A stretch of 54,431 nt of DNA, filler included, from Sluysia triapertura (taxonomy: Eukaryota): NCBI GenBank assembly GCA_046118255.1. It is 3 parts of 3 records of this genome, joined end to end, with 100 filler letters (N's around TTAATTAATTAA, not from the genome) between each part and the next. Parts side by side here need not be neighbours in the genome. Positions count along the whole stretch, not along the records: positions 39,251 to 54,431 come from JBJNIA010235778.1; 2 more parts are not named here. The stretch is one strand, 5' to 3'. Below are positions 49,101 to 54,431 of the stretch, one piece after another. The translations under genes were made by a program, and so were the position numbers. Below the pieces are notes generated by a model, which was given only the letters and a program-made list of their open reading frames with translations, searched no databases and was not told the DNA's origin. Position 1 is the first letter of the stretch. Every line of letters begins with the position of its first letter.

Positions 49101-51762
49101 TCCACATAACCCCTTGAATCCATGTTGTTTAAAAAGTCCCACACTAATATAACCACCACCATGACCATTATATGCAACTGCTAAGTTGCAATGTGGTGCC
49201 ACAAATTGTAAATACTCTCCTGTAATAAATATTCGCACTTTTTTATTGTAGTAAGGCAACTTTTCAGATTCTCCATTTACCTAATAGATAATTTTTTTCA
49301 TAAAATAAACTACTAATTAAAGTAAGTAAGTAAATATCAACATTAATTTAATTTATTATTTGTAAGTTAAATATTAACCTTATCAAATTCATTGAAAAAT
49401 GTAAAGAAGAAGGTATATATTATTTAGATTTTCTTACTTAGACTAATCATAATTTAACAGATTTAATGACTGTAATATCTGTGATATATTTTTATCATTG
49501 TGTCTATTTTACGAGTTCAGGTTAAAATATCGTTCAATAGACGCATCTTGAATAAAAGTTATTTAAACATTAAAAAAGAATATATTTCTAGAATTTGTTA
49601 CATAATATGAAATGACAGAACTTAAATATCAAATAAATAATTAAAAATTAAGATTTTTATAAATTTTCAACCAATAAAATATTATATATTATCAAATAAT
49701 ATAATTTAATTTAATAAAAGATATATTAAAATAAAAAAATAATATATTAATTTATATTGCGCTCATATCTAATACAAAGTAAGTACTCAAAAGCGCTTAA
49801 GGTAAATAGTTCATTATGATATTTCTATAACAAAAAGAACTTTGCCTTTTTTTAAATATTTCATAATTAGACATTCTCTGGTAACTGGCTGTATATATAA
49901 CCTATCATCTGTGTAGATTCCACATGTTTCATGTCTCGATGAAATATCATTTCTAAGAGTATTCAGGACTTCTGTAATGTAAGCAATTTCTAAATTATTG
50001 TCATGATTTTGAATTCCATTCCTGCTTTTATTGGTAGCCAATGTAATAAGGTGTTACATGAGTTCTTCTTCCCATTTGGATAATTAGCCTTGCTGCTTGA
50101 TTAATTATTAACTTTTTCACTTTTCTATATGAAATTGAATACAATAAACCATTATTAAAATCTATGTTGCTAGTTATCAATGAATGAACAATAAGTTTAT
50201 CAGTTTCCTTATTAATAAATCTTCGAATATGTGATATTTTCTTTAATGATACAATACAATTAATATTTTCTTCCATGTTAATTAATTAAAAGGTAAAGCA
50301 TTCATTGCTACAATTTAAAATATAACATTTTAAATATTCTAATATTGTTTGATGGACATTTTACTGGACTAAGTTTTGAAAATTTAGATGAAAAATACAT
50401 TTTCATAGTATATTATAAAATACTAATATGAAAATTACAGCGTCTGTCTACAAATTAATTGATTGACATCTTAATTGATTGTGATTCGTCCAATGAGTAG
50501 GAAATATGACAATCTATTTCAAAACTTATATACAAAAAGTCCAATAGTAATGCAAATATCAGAATGAGTCAATTATAATTAATAAAGTGTGCATTATACA
50601 TTGAAACTGATAGTGCTAATCGATAAATGTCAAGTTTAAAAAATACGTAATAATACTATAAGCTCTAGAAATTGAAAACAGATTTAAAAAAAGCTTCAAT
50701 GGGATTTAATTATTATGCTTACTATTAATAGTAATTTCAAAAGTCAAAGATAAAAAGATTACGTGTTAATTTTAGAGCAACGTGTGAAATCAATCGAAAT
50801 GTCAATTATTTCCCTAATAATGGTATATTTGTTGTGATATAAATTAAATTAAATCCAACTAACATAGATTTCTTTGTTATTTGTAAGTAAATATTTATTA
50901 TTACAAAATTTAATAAGTTGACCAGAAAATTTTCCTTTAACAGAAATAGCAAATATTTGATAGGAACATGTCGACTTAGAATTAATCCAGCTTGATAATA
51001 AAATGCTGCATTTACCAGATGTTGCAGCCAAAAATCGACGTTTATCAAATGATAAAACATTACCTTTACCATAGTGATAACATTGGCATGCTAAAACGAA
51101 AGTGTAATATTGAATAAAATTTAAAAAAAATTCACCGTATTTTGGTTGCCATTTTGGTTTTGGATCACATATCTCAATATGTTTTCGTTTTTTCAGCTGA
51201 CAATTTTTATTTGTATTACGAACATAGTAAAGTGTTGTTACTTTACGTTCACCTTTTTTACATTTATGACGTCTTGTTATTGTTTTAGAACATGCTAAAA
51301 TCGATATTTTATTTCGAAAAAAATTAATAACTTACGACATTTAACTTTATTTGTAAATGTTTTTGGTATACAGTGACATTCTTTGACAATAAATTTTGTT
51401 ACTTTACGTTTTGCCCATCCATTGTAACATTTTGTTTGAAAAGTATTATGTCTAGGACATTCTAATTTCATTTAAGATTTAGTTTAATAATAATATATAT
51501 AGTTTTACTTATTTTCTTTGGTATTCGTTTGATATGTTTTATACATTTATGCTTTACAACTTGATAAAAAGTAGTGATTTTTAATTTATGATTTTTTGCA
51601 CATAAAATTGTTGATTTAGTATCAGGACATTTTGTTCTAAAATTAATAAATTGGTTATTAAAATTTATTTTACTTAGTAGCATTAATAATGATGGCAGTT
51701 GTTACAATAGTAACAAATAGGCATAATGTAACCCAACTAAAGTTTGGGTTTAGCATAGCCAT
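40176..51762 (-). CDS. large secreted Cys/Lys-rich modular protein: signal peptide, 3 modules, VWD-C8-TIL, 2x ShKT, ~25 cationic Cys-rich modules (about 1,730 aa)
   Basis: 25 GT-AG exons with matching phases (5'->3'): 51762-51674, 51636-51509, 51461-51336, 51294-51136, 51090-50864, 49280-49091, 48253-47918, 47834-47640, 47559-47326, 47208-47071, 46987-46844, 46803-46669, 46579-46448, 46404-46256, 45570-45330, 44415-44284, 44198-43587, 42438-42310, 42252-42118, 42020-41757, 41722-41582, 41498-41226, 41144-41010, 40967-40548, 40498-40176. Sum 5,187 nt, open frame. The 3' end is ambiguous (TGC TGT TAG could instead be a T|gttagt donor) and the gap at 43189-43576 could hide an exon. Confidence 0.88.
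44470..44622. repeat. tRNA-like repeat: 3' part on - strand (44470-44544) back-to-back with its 5' flank on + strand (about 44550-44622)
   Basis: Reverse strand CCGCACAGCTGTGAAGCTAAAGGTTCCGGGTTCGATTCCCTGTCAGTCCATTTTATGAAGTCTAACAC, then + strand ATGTTGGGATACAGGCCTAAGGTGCCAT...AATCTAAAATTGTTAGACGG. Confidence 0.75.
44623..45250 (-). mobile_element. R2-superfamily (NeSL/Utopia-like) non-LTR retrotransposon C-terminal fragment: zinc knuckle plus restriction-like endonuclease
   Basis: Frameshifted reverse translation: SWIFMIKARNSIIKLN ... TIAHL ... CPRTIIGSTVRHNKILECLHSKL ... YRTPDM ... TKY ... LDTFVFGSLGSWDP. Matches the WRFIHRARLN / ETLxH...C...RHN / RPD / KY / VGSLGSWDP motif series of this clade. 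Confidence 0.75.
45722..46016 (-). mobile_element. internally deleted Tc1/mariner element with both TIRs and TA target duplication
   Basis: TA|CAGTGGTGGCCAAATTATCAGACT ... AGCCTAATAATTTGGCCACAAATG|TA. The internal sequence is the reverse-complement homologue of 10530-10705 (WPEVSPYMNPIDNL*E). Confidence 0.85.
47326..47559 (-). CDS. exon with two tandem ShKT domains
   Basis: CLD...C...GRC...MKEFCPLTCGLC and CQD...C...GKC...KQMCRLTCYPQSC; six-Cys ShK pattern. Confidence 0.87.
47640..47834 (-). CDS. TIL (trypsin-inhibitor-like) domain exon
   Basis: CGKN...PCPKTCEN...GCDCKPGYILDGNICVHPSSCKC. Confidence 0.9.
47918..48253 (-). CDS. C8 domain exon
   Basis: FCGRL...FMKC...FYRGCIKEVC...ACQVHAIAAEACSEKGKIIMWRTIEFC (C8 signature ending WRxxxFC). 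Confidence 0.88.
49091..51090 (-). CDS. von Willebrand factor D (VWD) domain exons (51090-50864, 49280-49091)
   Basis: ACQCYHYGKGNVLSFDKRRF...SGKCSILL ... YVNGESEKLPY ... FKGLCGNCNG|NPLDD; canonical GLCGNxNG end motif. Confidence 0.88.
49745..50700 (-). mobile_element. L2-clade LINE remnant (ORF2 C-terminus and 3' tail)
   Basis: ISHIRRFINKETDKLIVHSLITSNIDFNNGLLY...QAARLI...HVTP and adjacent-frame HWLP match the L2 ORF2 motif (IRxFL...LIHAFITSRLDYCN.LL...NAAARL...HITP..LHWLP). L2-type tail AAGCGCTTTTGAG. A weak ALLLDF...DCH RT motif lies near 50550. Confidence 0.8.
51674..51762 (-). CDS. first coding exon, signal peptide
   Basis: MAMLNPNFSWVTLCLFVTIVTTAIIINAT(K). The phase-2 donor AA|gtaaaa matches the next acceptor across a 37-nt intron. 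Confidence 0.8.
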
Positions 51763-54330
51763 GTTAACTGAAAAATCTGAAGCTAATCGGTTTTATATAT
51801 ATTATTGAAAATACCCGCTTATTGAGACATGATTTATTAAGATTTATTTCAAAGTCAATATTACAAGTAATTGTAATAAATTTTTTCCTTTGTAATTAAT
51901 TAATATACATAAAATATGTTTTGTTAAACACAGGTCTTATGTGGTTGACGTTTTTTGATGAATTTGTACTTAATACTTGTTCAGAGAATATTGTAACATT
52001 GTTCGTGAAATATTTTCAAAATAATAAGGGAAAAAATTAATCCAGAACTTCATAATTAGATAGAATTTAATATAGAATAGAAAGAATAAGAAAATATTGT
52101 GATGAATTTATTATTTAAATTTCAAATGGAGATAAATATAGAAGAGAGAGAAATCCGAAGTAAAAATGATTAAAAATGGTAAAGAAAGAAAAAATTAGAA
52201 GAAAATCAATAATAATTATAGTAACAAATCTAAATATCTAATACAATATCTAAATAAATTTTAAAATTATAAATAAGAATTGACTCAAATTCCTTATACC
52301 AAAAAATATAATAAAATAAAAATTGCTGAACAAATATTATAATAAAATAAAAAAATAATAAATTATATTCATTGTACAATGAAGTTTTTTATTTACCTGA
52401 AAAGCAAATGATTAGTTAAATTATTAGGTTTAAACGAAGTCGAGGAGAAATAAGAAATATGAAGGTGCATGTATCTATTTAAAATTTATTGAAAATTATT
52501 TGGACAGAAGAACAATAAAAAGAGTATTTTTTTCAATAAATAACTTAAATTGCCTTCTGTTGGCTCTCTTCATATTAGCAGTGATCAAACGCATATTGTT
52601 TTAAATCTTTGATAAGTGTATCAATGTTCTTATGTAATTATTTAGTTTCTTCTGAACTGTGTGTATTTCGTTTTTAATAAATTCTTGATTACCTTTTTCT
52701 ATATTATTTACTATTTGTAACTTGTGTTATTTTAATTTGATTGGACGCAATCTTCGTCCATATTAGTGAATCTAATATATTAACAAATTTTAATATTTTT
52801 GCTATAATGATGTTTGAAATTTCAGGAATAAGCCTTAGTAATAGAAATATTCGTTTAATATTAGACAAATTAGGGTCTATATAATAGGTGCAGTTCTGAA
52901 GTACAATATTCAATGTGAATATTTTTAAAGCTTAACTGCGGTACTCACGAATAAAAGCTTATTCTGCTAGTGCTTTTCTTACCCTAGTCTTGCGAGTTCA
53001 CCAACGTACTAGTCTTATCGATTAGATCTAGCCGTTGGATTTTGAGATTAAAAAAAGTAACGTTTGTGGAGGTTATAAATGGCTTAAAATTTTATATTAA
53101 TGCTTTTCTTCAAAACGAAAATTTTAAGAAAGGAATTTTAATTCAGCAATAATTTAATTAGGTTCTTACACTGAATCTTTTAAGATTAATAACAATGATT
53201 TTAATGAGGTTCTATAATGAACCTTAAATTTTACTTCTAAGTGATTTTAATTATAATTAGACGGATTTTTTAAAAATTTAATGGAATTAACAATAAAAAA
53301 TAATTTATATTAAATAAAAATAAACAATTCAAAGGGTAAGTGATAAAAAATTTTAAATGGATTAATTCAAAATTTTGATAAGCTACTTCAATAAATAGTA
53401 GCATTCTTTTAAAAATTTTAAAGGAGAATTTAAGTCTAAATTTTAAAAATGCAACATTAAAAATTGCTAATCACCGTACATAAAATAACTAAAGATAATT
53501 CGTATCGGAATTGAAATAGAATACGAAATGAATATGGGAGAACTGAATAAGATTATTGCTGATGTCGACTACTTTTATCAAAAAAAGCTTTTGTAAAGAA
53601 TTGGAACTGTAGATTTAAAAATATATCGTGTCACAATTTTGAAGTTTATGTTTAATTATATATTGGAAAAATGACCTTGAAAGTCAAGCAATTATTTTAT
53701 TTTAAACTATTTTTAAATTTTTAATAATAGCAATAATAATAAAAATTAATAATAATAGTATTCCCTTACTTTTGTTAAATTAAATCCTCGAAAATATTAA
53801 ATATTAAATTAGCGAAAACATTAAAATCAATATTTCTATTGTAAATAATGTAAAAATTGCTTGTAAATATTGTAAATTTAAAAGAATTTTTGTAAATTAA
53901 ATGAAAAATTATTGTTAATTAATTGTTAATAAATGAAAATGTATTGTTAATTAAATCATTAATTTTAACTAAATATCAAAGATCGAAAAAGTTTAAAAGT
54001 TTAATAAATCATTAATTTTAATATTGAATGTCGAAAAGTTTAAAGGTTGAAATAAAGATTTATTTATATTATTATTCATTCATTTATATTACTAATTATT
54101 TGATTAATCATTGAACTCATTATTTAATTTAAATATTTATATTAAAAAACGAAATTATTTATTTATTCATGGAACTGTCTATCGTAATTAATTAAAAATT
54201 TAATAATCCGTTTAATTGTCAATCTTATTCATGGAACTTATCAACAAAAAAATCATATAAAAGGTGTAGCGAAATTCACCATTATCACAGTTATACTAAT
54301 AACAATAGTAACGCGATTTGCACTTCTCAT

Positions 54331-54403
54331 TTTTGGATACGTGGATCGTTCGCAGACATTATTTGGATACGTGGATTGTTCACAGACATCGTTCGGATAC
54401 GCG
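54331..54403. repeat. 30-bp tandem repeat, about 2.4 copies
   Basis: TTTTGGATACGTGGATCGTTCGCAGACATT / ATTTGGATACGTGGATTGTTCACAGACATC / GTTCGGATACGCG. Confidence 0.75.
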
Positions 54404-54431
54404 AATTAATTACAAATATTAAATTTAACAC

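Noticed and set aside
54331-54403. CRISPR-like array
   Set aside because: Eukaryotic context, and the repeats are contiguous with no spacers.
1-54431. Functional cluster linking the transporter, zinc-finger and secreted protein genes
   Set aside because: They lie on different scaffolds joined by artificial linkers.

Overview
Very AT-rich animal (invertebrate-type) nuclear DNA. The window is not one contiguous locus: two identical 100-nt artificial linkers (N44-TTAATTAATTAA-N44, at 16398-16497 and 39151-39250) join three probably unrelated scaffolds. Segment 1 (1-16397) holds eight + strand exons of an SLC4A11-like anion/borate transporter, truncated at both ends. Its introns carry an antisense decayed SET/TAF-I copy, a Tc1 remnant and tRNA-like repeats. 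Segment 2 (16498-39150) is gene-poor, with one intronless polyQ 3x C2H2 zinc-finger gene (- strand), an orphan candidate terminal exon and transposon debris. Segment 3 (39251-54431) holds the most notable feature, a 25-exon - strand gene (51762->40176, about 1,730 aa by manual splicing). It encodes a secreted protein: signal peptide, 3 Cys/Lys-rich modules, VWD-C8-TIL, two ShKT domains, then about 25 more strongly cationic Cys/Lys/His-rich ~44-aa modules, mostly on symmetric phase-1 exons. Its larger introns contain an L2 LINE remnant, a deleted Tc1 element and a NeSL/Utopia-like retrotransposon fragment abutting a tRNA-like repeat. All gene models were spliced and translated by eye; no database searches were run.
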